Source: Candidatus Harrisonbacteria bacterium
Lineage (GTDB): Bacteria > Patescibacteriota > Minisyncoccia > UBA6257 > 02-FULL-45-10c
DNA length: 64,000 nt
Direction: 5' to 3'
NCBI GenBank assembly: GCA_016214655.1
Contig: JACROC010000006.1
Location: forward strand, 21,377 to 85,376
Shown piece after piece: positions 38,057 to 47,104 of this stretch; positions within the stretch are counted from its first letter, which is position 1; each line of letters begins with the position of its first letter. Both the position numbers and the translations under genes were made by a program. The notes beneath the pieces were generated by a model. It worked only from the letters and a program-made list of their open reading frames with translations. It did no database searches and was not told the DNA's origin.

Positions 38057-39397
38057 TTACGTGTGGTTAGTGATCAGAAATTTAATAGTCCTTAGAATAA
38101 TCAAAAAATCCAAAAGCGGGGAGTTATTTTTAATGTAGTAAATATCGTATTGCAGTTTCTGATAGGCATCTTCGGCCGAGGCGGCGTAGCGGTAGTTAAT
38201 CTGTGCCCAGCCGGTAATGCCCGGTTTGGTCAGGTGACGGAGATCATAATAGGGCAATTCCTTCCTTAATTTGACGACGAATTCCGGCCGCTCCGGCCTT
38301 GGGCCGACAAAAGACAGCTCGCCTTTCAGGATGTTGATTAACTGCGGCAATTCATCCAGATGCGACCGGCGCAAAATTTTCCCAATCCAAGTCGCCCGTT
38401 TATCTTGATGGTAGTTGGCCCATTGCGGCCCGGATTTTTCTGCATCAACATACATGGTGCGGAATTTATAGATGGTGAATTCTTTTTCGTGTTTGCCGAT
38501 TCTAGTTTGCCTGAAAATTACTGGGCCGGGAGAAGTAAATTTAATTAAAATTGCTATTAGAATTATCAGCGGTGATAAGATTATTCCCAGCAGTAAAGCG
38601 CCCACGATTTCCAGCGGCCCGCTTAATAATTCATAAATTTTATGTTTATTTACCAGATTTTCCAAAAACCAGACTTCTTCCAGTTCGGCTAGCGGGACTT
38701 TATGGAAAATTATTTCATGGAGCCGGGAAAGTTCCATCACTTCGATTCCTAGGACGATGGTTTTATAAATTAATTTGGCCGCCTGGCTGTCTTTTTTAAG
38801 ATGCGCCGGAATTACCATTGTATTGATATTATTAGCCATGATTATCTGCGCCAGATGTCCAAACTCTATGTCTTTAAGGCCTTCCTGCATCCAATATTTT
38901 ACCTGATAGCCGAGCTGCGGATTATTCTGGATATGTTCCATTATTTCTTGGGCGGTTTTATTTGATCCGACGATTAAAACCCGGTTTGCCGCCCCGGTTT
39001 TCCCGACGGCAAAGTTGTAAATTTGTCTCCAAAGATAATTTATACCTCCGAAGACCAAGAAGAAAATAACTAGATTAGTTTTCGGGGTGATGCCGAAATA
39101 GGGTATCAAGTAAAAAAAGATTGCCGTCAGCGCGACATTGAAAATCAGGGCATTCCAAAATACCTGTTCAAACTCCAATCCGTTTTTCAGGAATTTCAGG
39201 TCATAGAGGCCGGCAATGTAAGATACGGCTATCCAGATTCCGAAAATAATTGTGAACGGCTGTATGTGATAATTAATCAGTTCGGCGTAAAATAAATTCC
39301 CGTATCTTAGCCAAAGAGTTAAGATAAGGGCGGCGTAGAGGGTGAGAATGTCGCCGATTATTAAAGTAGTTTGTTTTAATCTGGACAAATTATTCAT
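38057..39397 (-). CDS. polyprenyl-phosphate hexose-1-phosphate transferase (WbaP/WcaJ/PglB-type initiating phosphoglycosyl transferase, Bac_transf)
   Basis: N-terminal TM bundle plus C-terminal SPGPVIFRQTRIGKHEKEFTIYKFRTM...ELPQLINILKGELSFVGPRPERPEFV, the Bac_transf catalytic signature. Confidence 0.85.
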   Translation of the reverse strand: MNNLSRLKQTTLIIGDILTLYAALILTLWLRYGNLFYAELINYHIQPFTIIFGIWIAVSYIAGLYDLKFLKNGLEFEQVFWNALIFNVALTAIFFYLIPYFGITPKTNLVIFFLVFGGINYLWRQIYNFAVGKTGAANRVLIVGSNKTAQEIMEHIQNNPQLGYQVKYWMQEGLKDIEFGHLAQIIMANNINTMVIPAHLKKDSQAAKLIYKTIVLGIEVMELSRLHEIIFHKVPLAELEEVWFLENLVNKHKIYELLSGPLEIVGALLLGIILSPLIILIAILIKFTSPGPVIFRQTRIGKHEKEFTIYKFRTMYVDAEKSGPQWANYHQDKRATWIGKILRRSHLDELPQLINILKGELSFVGPRPERPEFVVKLRKELPYYDLRHLTKPGITGWAQINYRYAASAEDAYQKLQYDIYYIKNNSPLLDFLIILRTIKFLITNHT

Positions 39398-39447
39398 TTG
39401 AGTTACTATAATAAGTACTATATTAATATAACAGTAAATTTACCTAT

Positions 39448-40176
39448 ATGGATACTGAAAATCAGAAGCCACAAAGTAGTGGCAATAATCAAAATATATT
39501 TCTTCCAGCCAGCATTTTGATAGCCGCCGTTTTAATTTCCGGTTCGTTGATTTACAGCACCGGCAAGAAAGCCGCTCCAAGCCAGCTGGGCGCCAATACC
39601 GGGGAAGTGGTGGCCGGCGTAACGACTGGGAAGGAATTGGAGTTGACCAGCGAGGATGTAGTTTTGGGCGATTTGAATGCGCCGGTGACGGTGGTGGAAT
39701 ACGGAGATTTTCAGTGTCCTTTTTGCGGCCGTTTTTATTCCACAACCGAAAATCAAATCAGAGAAAATTATGTGAAATCCAATAAGGTTAAGTTTGTGTA
39801 TCGGCACTTCGCTTTCCTCGGACCGGAATCCCGGGTGGCGGCTAATGCGGCGGAATGCGCCAAGGATCAGGGAAAGTTTTGGGCGTATCATGATTCGCTG
39901 TACGATACAGAAATTAAAGATGGCGAAGAGCATAATGGAAATTTGAATCGCGATCTATTTTTATCTTTGGCCAAGGATCTTAGTCTGAATGAGAATGATT
40001 TTACCGCTTGTTTGGATAGTAATAAATATGATGAAAAAGTTCAGAAAGATTATGTAGGCGCTCAAGCGCTGGGAGTCCGGGCTACGCCGACCATTTTTGT
40101 TGATGACAAGAAAGTAGAGGGCGCATTGCCTTATGAACAATTTAAATTGCTGATTGATCAAGAATTATCAAAATAG
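39448..40176 (+). CDS. DsbA-like thiol:disulfide oxidoreductase (thioredoxin fold, membrane-anchored)
   Basis: N-terminal TM anchor. CxxC active site GDFQCPFCGRF. DsbA_FrnE-like length. Confidence 0.65.
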   Translation: MDTENQKPQSSGNNQNIFLPASILIAAVLISGSLIYSTGKKAAPSQLGANTGEVVAGVTTGKELELTSEDVVLGDLNAPVTVVEYGDFQCPFCGRFYSTTENQIRENYVKSNKVKFVYRHFAFLGPESRVAANAAECAKDQGKFWAYHDSLYDTEIKDGEEHNGNLNRDLFLSLAKDLSLNENDFTACLDSNKYDEKVQKDYVGAQALGVRATPTIFVDDKKVEGALPYEQFKLLIDQELSK

Positions 40177-40202
40177 TTTGTGGTATAATCTAATTAAGTA
40201 AT

Positions 40203-40442
40203 ATGGCGAAAAACATCACAATTTACTCCACTCCGACTTGCGTTTATTGCAAAATGGCGAAAGAATTTTTTAAGAAAAATAACGTGCAATATACGGAGCA
40301 CAATGTTGCCGAGGATGAAAAGGCCAGAGAAGAAATGGTGGAAAAATCTCATCAGCTGGGCGTGCCGGTGATTGATATTGACGGCGAGGTGCATGTCGGA
40401 TTCAACCGGTCAGAGTTGGAAAGGGCGTTAGGGTTGAAATAG
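40203..40442 (+). CDS. glutaredoxin / NrdH-like redoxin
   Basis: 79 aa, ITIYSTPTCVYCKMAKEFFKK (CxxC in the glutaredoxin context). Confidence 0.7.
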   Translation: MAKNITIYSTPTCVYCKMAKEFFKKNNVQYTEHNVAEDEKAREEMVEKSHQLGVPVIDIDGEVHVGFNRSELERALGLK

Positions 40443-40489
40443 CTTTTATTTAAAGCTGATTTACCAAGTTGTCGTAGAGAAACTACGGA

Positions 40490-40533
40490 GGCGTCAAAAG
40501 ATTAGTGTCCCGCCTTGCGGGACTTTTGACGCC
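40490..40533 (+). promoter_or_regulatory. GC-rich nested hairpin in the trxB leader
   Basis: ggcgtcaaaag ... cttttgacgcc outer stem enclosing gtcccgc-ctt-gcgggac inner stem. GC content is far above the local average. Confidence 0.35.
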
Positions 40534-40564
40534 GAGGCGTAGCGGGCTTGCGCCGCTGGAGCGC

Positions 40565-40580
40565 GAGAACCGCGGTTCTC
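40565..40580. promoter_or_regulatory. perfect 16-bp palindrome GAGAACCGCGGTTCTC about 33 bp upstream of the trxB start; candidate operator
   Basis: Exact inverted repeat read from the sequence (gagaaccg / cggttctc). Confidence 0.35.
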
Positions 40581-40612
40581 ATAGACAATTTGGTGAAGCA
40601 GCCTCTCTTTGT

Positions 40613-41539
40613 ATGTATGATTTAGTTATTGTGGGCGGCGGTCCTGGCGGTGTGGCAGCCGGCGTTTATGCGGCCAGGAAGAAACTTAATACTGTAGTTG
40701 TTGCGGAAAATTTCGGCGGCCAGTCGGCAGTCTCTGCCGACATCCAGAATTGGATCGGAACCAAATCCGTTTCCGGTTTTGATTTGGCGAAAAATCTGGA
40801 AGAGCATTTGCGCGCTCAGCAAGATTTGGAAATCGTTGACGGTGATCTCGTAACTAAAGTTGAAAAAGCCGACGGCGGTTTTAAAGTTTCTACCCGCGGC
40901 GGAAAATTATTGGATACTAAAACCATTTTGGTTGCTTCCGGCAGCCGGCACCGGCGGCTGGGTGTTCCCGGAGAAGACAGGTTAGATGGCAAAGGGGTTG
41001 TCTGGTGTTCCACCTGCGATGCGCCATTATTCGGCGGTAAAACGGTGGCGGTTGTTGGCGCCGGTAATGCCGGTTTGGAAGCGGTCAGGGATTCGCTGGC
41101 CTATGCTTCAAAAGTATATTTAATCGTGCGAGGTGAGGTTATCAAAGGAGATCCGCAGACCTTAGAGGAAATTAAAAAAGATTCCCGCCTGGAAATTATG
41201 TATTTGGCGGAGACGCAAGAAATACTTGGGGATAAATTTGTAACCGGACTAAAGTATTTGGATAAAAAAGACAATCAAGTTAAGGAATTAAAGGTTGACG
41301 GAGTTTTTGTGGAGATCGGCGCTGTGCCGAATGTTGAATTTCTCGGTGATTTAGTCAAAAAAGACCAGTACAATGCGATTATTGTTGATCACACTACCCA
41401 GCAGACATCCCAATTGGGGATTTGGGCTGCCGGTGACGTCACTTCGCTTCTATATAGGCAAAATAATATTTCCGCTGGCGACGCCGTTAAGGCAGTGCTG
41501 AACATTAACGATTATTTGAGCAAGATAAATAGAAGTTAG
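40613..41539 (+). CDS. trxB: thioredoxin-disulfide reductase
   Basis: MYDLVIVGGGPGGVAAGVYAARK (FAD GxGxxG), redox-active CSTCD (CxxC), second Rossmann VAVVGAGNAGLEAV. ATG at 40613. Confidence 0.8.
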   Translation: MYDLVIVGGGPGGVAAGVYAARKKLNTVVVAENFGGQSAVSADIQNWIGTKSVSGFDLAKNLEEHLRAQQDLEIVDGDLVTKVEKADGGFKVSTRGGKLLDTKTILVASGSRHRRLGVPGEDRLDGKGVVWCSTCDAPLFGGKTVAVVGAGNAGLEAVRDSLAYASKVYLIVRGEVIKGDPQTLEEIKKDSRLEIMYLAETQEILGDKFVTGLKYLDKKDNQVKELKVDGVFVEIGAVPNVEFLGDLVKKDQYNAIIVDHTTQQTSQLGIWAAGDVTSLLYRQNNISAGDAVKAVLNINDYLSKINRS

Positions 41540-41597
41540 AATTTTGCTGAATTACTCACGTATTTTCTTTAGACACTTCACCTCAGCAGATACTTCA

Positions 41598-41633
41598 CCC
41601 CAGCTATATTTGCGATCGCAAATATAGCTGGGG
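41598..41633. repeat. 36-bp perfect palindrome, copy 1 of a 3-member family
   Basis: CCCCAGCTATATTTGCGATCGCAAATATAGCTGGGG, ending 25 bp upstream of the PaaX-like ATG. Confidence 0.8.
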
Positions 41634-41658
41634 TATTATAAATAAACTCCATATATCT

Positions 41659-42213
41659 ATGCGAATTGGTCCAATTCAAAAAAAGTTTTTAATTTTACTT
41701 TTCGGCCACTTATCTATGGGATTTTGTTATTCTTATGGGCAGCGCGCCAAGGTATTACGAGAAATGGATAAAGAATGGGAGCGAGTTAATGAAGAATCGC
41801 TGCGTCAGGCTATTCAAGGTCTTTATAAGAATAGATTGATAGATATAAAAGAATCGGCTGACGGCAAAGTTGTAATAAAACTTCAAGATCAGGGGAGGGA
41901 AAAAGTCTTAAGTTATAAATTAGATGAGATGGAAATTCCTAAAGCTAAAAGGTGGGACGGTAAATGGCGGATGGTCTTATTTGATATCCCCGATAATAAG
42001 AAGAAAGCCCGGGAGTCTTTGCGTCTTCATTTAAAGCGTTTGGGCTTTTATCAGTATCAGAAGAGTGTATTTATTTATCCATGCGAATGCAAAAACGAAA
42101 TCGATTTTTTGGTTGAGTTCCATAAAATTCGTCCGTATGTGCGGCAGCTGATCATTTCAGAAATGGATAACGACTTTCATTTGCGGAAAATTTTTCAAAA
42201 ATTGATTGCATAG
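41659..42213 (+). CDS. PaaX-like small winged-helix regulator-family protein (Cas2-like fold C-domain)
   Basis: C-terminal WDGKWRMVLFDIPDNKKKARESLRLHLKRLGFYQYQKSVFIYP resembles the PaaX C-domain / Cas2-like strand-helix motif. N-terminal half looks like a wHTH. Confidence 0.35.
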   Translation: MRIGPIQKKFLILLFGHLSMGFCYSYGQRAKVLREMDKEWERVNEESLRQAIQGLYKNRLIDIKESADGKVVIKLQDQGREKVLSYKLDEMEIPKAKRWDGKWRMVLFDIPDNKKKARESLRLHLKRLGFYQYQKSVFIYPCECKNEIDFLVEFHKIRPYVRQLIISEMDNDFHLRKIFQKLIA

Positions 42214-42275
42214 TTGTCGAAAAAAGAAGCAATCTAAAATACCCTACCCGTATTTTTAGGTGAAAACGATTTACT

Positions 42276-42307
42276 CCAGCTATATTTGCTATAGCAAATA
42301 TAGCTGG
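42276..42307. repeat. 32-bp perfect palindrome, copy 2
   Basis: CCAGCTATATTTGCTATAGCAAATATAGCTGG, followed by gttgttgacgttttttct. 45 bp upstream of ORF 42353. Confidence 0.8.
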
Positions 42308-42352
42308 GGTTGTTGACGTTTTTTCTGAGATTGATATAGAATATACACTAAT

Positions 42353-42850
42353 ATGTTCTCTAGAAATTTTTTTATTTTTTCCGGAGTTTTGATTTTGGTT
42401 GTGGTTTTGGCGGCGGGATCGCTTTTGTGGTGGCAGAGACACAATGATCCGGTTCGTCAGCAGCAAGCATTACTTGAAGATTATCAGCGGAAGGTGGAAG
42501 AAGCTTATAGCAATGATACCTACGGCGGCTCTACGCCGGAGGAAACCCTCCGCCTTTTTGTAGAGGCTCTTAAAAAAGAAGATATTGAACTTGCAAGTAA
42601 GTATTTTGCGTTAGATGATAATTTGGATAGGGGGAGATGGTATGGGGCGTTAAAAAAAGAAAAAGAGAACGGTAAGCTAAGTAATATAATTTCCGTAATA
42701 AATAGAGCTCAACCGGGGGATAATTCAGATAAAAATTTTGAGAAGCATTATTTTAATTTTATTGTCTATCGCGGAGATGGGGAAGTAGAGGCGGATATTA
42801 GTTTAGTCTTTAACCCAACTTCAAAAGTATGGAAAATAGAAAGCTTATAA
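42353..42850 (+). CDS. hypothetical membrane-anchored protein
   Basis: N-terminal TM (FIFSGVLILVVVLAAGSLLWW) then a ~140-aa soluble domain with no recognised motif. Confidence 0.3.
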   Translation: MFSRNFFIFSGVLILVVVLAAGSLLWWQRHNDPVRQQQALLEDYQRKVEEAYSNDTYGGSTPEETLRLFVEALKKEDIELASKYFALDDNLDRGRWYGALKKEKENGKLSNIISVINRAQPGDNSDKNFEKHYFNFIVYRGDGEVEADISLVFNPTSKVWKIESL

Positions 42851-45800
42851 AAATTTTTATCCCAGTTATGCTGGGATTTTTTAGTTATGCGAATTTGGCT
42901 CTTGCGTATGAGGTAGGCACGCACGAGTTTTTGACCAAGGAAGTAGTAGAATTTTACAATCAAAATTTTTCTGGCAATAAAATCTTGGATGAATATAAGC
43001 CCGCTATTATTAGCGGCGCCAATCACGAAGATGATAATCCGCGCTGGATGAATCATTTCTATGACCCAGTTTATAATCGCGGTTTAACAAAGATTCCCGG
43101 CAATTGGGTTAGTTCCAAAGATTGGGCGCATAATTCGGATCAGCAGATTTCCGCTTTATATAATCCAGTTTTAAATACAACTATTGCCGGACTTTTGGCG
43201 GTGACTAACCCCGGAGAATTGCGCAAAACCGATTTTACTTGGGAACGCGCCATTCGTGATTATTTAAGAGGCGACAAAGAAAGAGCTTTCCGCGGGTTGG
43301 GACAGATTCTGCATTTGATTGAGGATGCTTCGGTGCCGGATCATACTCGCAATGATCCGCATCCGGCCTTTGATCAAGAAGATTTTTTAGAAACTGGCAG
43401 CCCTTATGAACTTTGGACTGGTGATTTTAATCTGGATAATCCCGATAAAAATTTGTCGTTACGATTATCCAATAAAAAACCGATTGCCTTGGATGATTTA
43501 GATACCTATTTTGATTCCTTGGCGTCATATTCAAATAATAATTTTTATAGTAAAGATACGATTGGTGGCCAAGAATATAATTTACCGAAACCAGATTATT
43601 TATTTAAAGATAGACAACGTATTTACGCATTTAAAATAGATTTCGAATTTGGAGATTATCGGTTATTTGAAAAGATTGTTCCGGATATTTTATTAAAAAA
43701 TGAACTTGAGGCAGAGTTGAGGCCGATTGTATTGCAAGATTACTGGGATCGGCTTTCTGTAAAAGCGGTACAACATGGCGCCGGAGTTGTTGATTTGTTC
43801 TTTAAAGAAATTGAAAAAGCAAAAAACAACCCTAATTTTGTAACGGAAGAACCAAAGTCTTTATTAGCGCAAGTAGCGGATGCAATGCGCGGCTTATTTA
43901 CCAACATAACCGCGCTTTTTAAAGGAGAAGATGATTTGAAGTTGGTTGCAGAGATTTCGTTGGATAAAAATGAGAAGAGTGGTGAAGTTGTGGCTTTTGG
44001 TGATAACAGTGTTTTGGGTGGCGAAATTCCTAGTGGTTCCGAGCAAAATAAGATTGATAGGAATAATGGGATGAATACGGATAATGAGCCAGTTGAGTTG
44101 GACAGAAATTTTGTTGATGATCAAAATGAAGATGCGGCTGAAGCTGCTAATAGGAAGAATGAAGAAGTTGCTACTACCACTGCGGTGGTAACGAAAAATA
44201 ACACCAGCGTTTCAGAAAAACCAGTTACTGCGCCGGTTAAGAACTGTTCTTTTGCAACTGACAAAACTCCGAGCCACCAAAAACTATTAATTAATGAAGT
44301 CGCCTGGATGGGCGGGTTTTCCAGCGCTAATGACGAGTGGACGGAGCTTAAAAATATTTCCGGAGATGATTTAGATATTTCCAGTTGGCAGCTTTTGGAT
44401 AAAGATGAGCAGATCAAAATTGTATTTCCAGGCGGAGCTAAACTATCTAGCGGCGGATTCATGCTTTTGGAGAGAACCAATGACGACTCGGTTTCCGGGC
44501 TTGCGGCTAATTTAATTTATGCCGGGGCATTGTCTAATGCTAATGAGGGATTAAGACTTTTTGATCCGGATTGTAATTTAGTTGATGAGGTTTTAGCGGC
44601 GAGCGATTGGCCATCCGGAGATGCGGCTGCTCGGAAAACCATGGAGCGGGGAAGTGATTTAAGCTGGCATGCGTACAGCGGTGATGGCGAGAATTTTGGC
44701 GGAGCGCAGATTATGGGAACGCCAAAAAAAGAAAATAGTTCCCGTTATATGTCTGGCGGCGGAAATAGCGCGGCAACCGAGAATCAACAAGTTAGTCCGG
44801 CGCCGGCAACCCAGAAAATTTTAATTTCCGAGGTGCAGACTACCGGCGGCACCGGCCAGACTAACAATGAATTTATTGAACTATATAATCCGAATAATGC
44901 CGTATTTGATTTAAAAGGATACCGGTTGGTGAAACGAACTAAAACTGGTACTGCTGATACAACTATTAAATCATGGACAACTGATGCTTTTGTGCCAGCA
45001 AAAGGATTTTATCTTTGGGCGAATAGCAGTTACACCGGTATTGTGGTGACGCCGGATGCTACCACTACGGTAAGTATTGCTGATGATAACGGGATTGCCA
45101 TCCGTCTTGGCTCCGAGGACACCGGTACTATTATTGACAGCGTTGGCTGGGGAGAGGCGCAGAACGTTTTTGCGGAAGGAGCGGCATTCTTAACTAATAC
45201 CGGGGCTAACCAAAGTTTGGAAAGAAAAGCATTGCAGAATAATAGTTGTGTCTCGGCGCAATCGGGCGGAGAATTTTTAGGCAATGGCTGTGATGTGAAT
45301 AACAACCAGAATGATTTTGACCTCCGCGGTTCGCCGAATCCGCAGAGTAGCAAAAGTTTTATTGAGCCGCGCTCGGCTCCAAGCGCAGTCAGTAATTTTA
45401 ACGCCGAGTATGCATCGTCAACACTCGGCGTTTCGCTTAGTTGGAGCGCGTCGGCGGATTATTTAGGATCAACTTCTACTACTCAATACGTTTTAAGCTA
45501 TGCCACTTCTACCGGCACCGCTCTGAAAGAATTGGCCATTCTGACGGCGACTACCACTTACAAATTTACCACTGCGGAAGTTGGATTGAATTATGATTTC
45601 TTAATTTCGGCAAAAGACAAAGAGGGGTTGGCTTCTGACTCCAGTACCAAGACATTAAGCGTGCCGAGCCAGTTTACTAACTTTTATTTTTATAAAGACA
45701 CCCGTACTGCTTCCAGCACAAAATATCTGGCGGAGTTTTATTATAACAATTACCCGCTTATCCAGGATTTGTACTGGAGTCCGGCGGATAGTTCTTGGAA

Positions 45801-47046
45801 AATCTTAGTTTTTTATCTGAATAAAGAGGCGCCGAAAGAACTGGAATTGAATGCCGGTAATAATTGGCAACCAGGAAATTTAAGCGGGGTGTTGGATATA
45901 GTTTATGCCAATTGTGCCAGCGGAAATTCAAACAGATTTTCTTTGACTCTTCCGGATGTAGAATCGCAGTGCAATAGTGGCGGCGGAGTGGCTAATAATG
46001 CGTTTAAATTCAGTAATCTGGAAGATCCGCATATTTTACTGGAGCTAGCCACGACTACTGCCGGCATCACTTTCGCGGCTGATGATTTTATAACTGTTGG
46101 AGCTTATTCGTTATACGATGCAGGAGCCGGCGACCAGAAATTTAAATTATCAACTTTGGATCGTGATAAATATTATTTCAGTACCAGTACGCCGACTCAC
46201 CAGGCGCCAGCGATGCCGGAAAATTTGGAATTGAAAGTTAATTCTGACTCATCTCTTTTAAGAATTATCTGGGATAAAGGAACTCTAGACGGCGATACGT
46301 TGGATAATTTAATAACTTTTGAGATCAATTATTCTACTACCACTTTGGATGATGCCGGGTGGGGTGCGGTTCCGAATGCTAGCCAGGATCCGGGAGAGGG
46401 CAGTGAAATTAACGGCCGTCCGTTTACTAAAATTACAGTTGAGCCGGACAATACTTATAATATAGCTTTGAGAGCGAAAGATGATTTCGGTAATGTTTCT
46501 TCTGCGACTACCACGATTTATTTTATTCCGGAAATTTCACCACCATATGGAATGTCCAATATAGAGTGGGGTCATTTGAATAGTTCTTCTACCATTGAAA
46601 TCGGTTTTAATGCTAACGCCTATCCTTTTATGACCGCCAATAAAACTAGCGCTATTTTGTTCTTTTTAAATCAGCTTCCGCCAGCCGGTTATTCATTTTC
46701 TAATAATGCTGAGCGATGGACTATCGGCGGTTCAAACAGTGTTTTGAAGCTGCAATATAATACCTGCCAGAGCAATAACGACGGTTTGCTGGGCGGTTTG
46801 CTGATGCATAATGATTCCAGTTGTCCGAATGGCGGCAGCGGACTCAGGAAAAATTCGGTGCGGAAAGATCTGACTTCTGGACAAACCAATTTCACTACAA
46901 CGGTTGCCGGGGTGCTTACTAGCGGCGGGACTGAATCACATACTTTTAGCACTGGTGATTATCTGACCATGGGATTTTATGAGCGTAACGGCAGCACTTT
47001 TGAGGAAGTTTCCGTTTACAATAAAAAAATCTATTTTCAACCATAG
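42829..47046 (+). CDS. giant secreted protein: N-terminal Zn-dependent phospholipase C / P1-nuclease-superfamily domain, two lamin-tail (LTD) domains, and a long beta-rich Ser/Thr-rich C-terminal region
   Basis: Signal peptide. Mature N-terminus YEVGTHEF..., ANHEDDNPRWMNHFYDPVYN and ILHLIEDASVPDHTRND match the His/Asp zinc-ligand pattern of Zn-PLC (HFYDPD, LHYLGD...PMHAAN). Two LTD signatures LLINEVAWMGG...DEWTELKN and ILISEVQTTGG...NEFIELYNPNN...DLKGYRL. Confidence 0.55.
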   Translation: MENRKLIKIFIPVMLGFFSYANLALAYEVGTHEFLTKEVVEFYNQNFSGNKILDEYKPAIISGANHEDDNPRWMNHFYDPVYNRGLTKIPGNWVSSKDWAHNSDQQISALYNPVLNTTIAGLLAVTNPGELRKTDFTWERAIRDYLRGDKERAFRGLGQILHLIEDASVPDHTRNDPHPAFDQEDFLETGSPYELWTGDFNLDNPDKNLSLRLSNKKPIALDDLDTYFDSLASYSNNNFYSKDTIGGQEYNLPKPDYLFKDRQRIYAFKIDFEFGDYRLFEKIVPDILLKNELEAELRPIVLQDYWDRLSVKAVQHGAGVVDLFFKEIEKAKNNPNFVTEEPKSLLAQVADAMRGLFTNITALFKGEDDLKLVAEISLDKNEKSGEVVAFGDNSVLGGEIPSGSEQNKIDRNNGMNTDNEPVELDRNFVDDQNEDAAEAANRKNEEVATTTAVVTKNNTSVSEKPVTAPVKNCSFATDKTPSHQKLLINEVAWMGGFSSANDEWTELKNISGDDLDISSWQLLDKDEQIKIVFPGGAKLSSGGFMLLERTNDDSVSGLAANLIYAGALSNANEGLRLFDPDCNLVDEVLAASDWPSGDAAARKTMERGSDLSWHAYSGDGENFGGAQIMGTPKKENSSRYMSGGGNSAATENQQVSPAPATQKILISEVQTTGGTGQTNNEFIELYNPNNAVFDLKGYRLVKRTKTGTADTTIKSWTTDAFVPAKGFYLWANSSYTGIVVTPDATTTVSIADDNGIAIRLGSEDTGTIIDSVGWGEAQNVFAEGAAFLTNTGANQSLERKALQNNSCVSAQSGGEFLGNGCDVNNNQNDFDLRGSPNPQSSKSFIEPRSAPSAVSNFNAEYASSTLGVSLSWSASADYLGSTSTTQYVLSYATSTGTALKELAILTATTTYKFTTAEVGLNYDFLISAKDKEGLASDSSTKTLSVPSQFTNFYFYKDTRTASSTKYLAEFYYNNYPLIQDLYWSPADSSWKILVFYLNKEAPKELELNAGNNWQPGNLSGVLDIVYANCASGNSNRFSLTLPDVESQCNSGGGVANNAFKFSNLEDPHILLELATTTAGITFAADDFITVGAYSLYDAGAGDQKFKLSTLDRDKYYFSTSTPTHQAPAMPENLELKVNSDSSLLRIIWDKGTLDGDTLDNLITFEINYSTTTLDDAGWGAVPNASQDPGEGSEINGRPFTKITVEPDNTYNIALRAKDDFGNVSSATTTIYFIPEISPPYGMSNIEWGHLNSSSTIEIGFNANAYPFMTANKTSAILFFLNQLPPAGYSFSNNAERWTIGGSNSVLKLQYNTCQSNNDGLLGGLLMHNDSSCPNGGSGLRKNSVRKDLTSGQTNFTTTVAGVLTSGGTESHTFSTGDYLTMGFYERNGSTFEEVSVYNKKIYFQP

Positions 47047-47104
47047 ATATTCGTGATAATCTGAATTCAGCTCTGTAATTGAAAAAGGATAACCTTTGTT
47101 AGCG

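Noticed and set aside
41598-42307. Possibility that the palindromic repeats plus the Cas2-like-motif protein between them form a degenerate CRISPR-Cas locus
   Set aside because: The repeats are not regularly spaced with short spacers (spacing about 640 bp and about 16 kb). The repeats are perfect palindromes, which is unusual for CRISPR. No cas1 or other cas genes are present. The Cas2-like strand-helix motif is better explained as the C-domain of a PaaX-like regulator (the motif is at residue ~105, not at the N-terminus as in Cas2).
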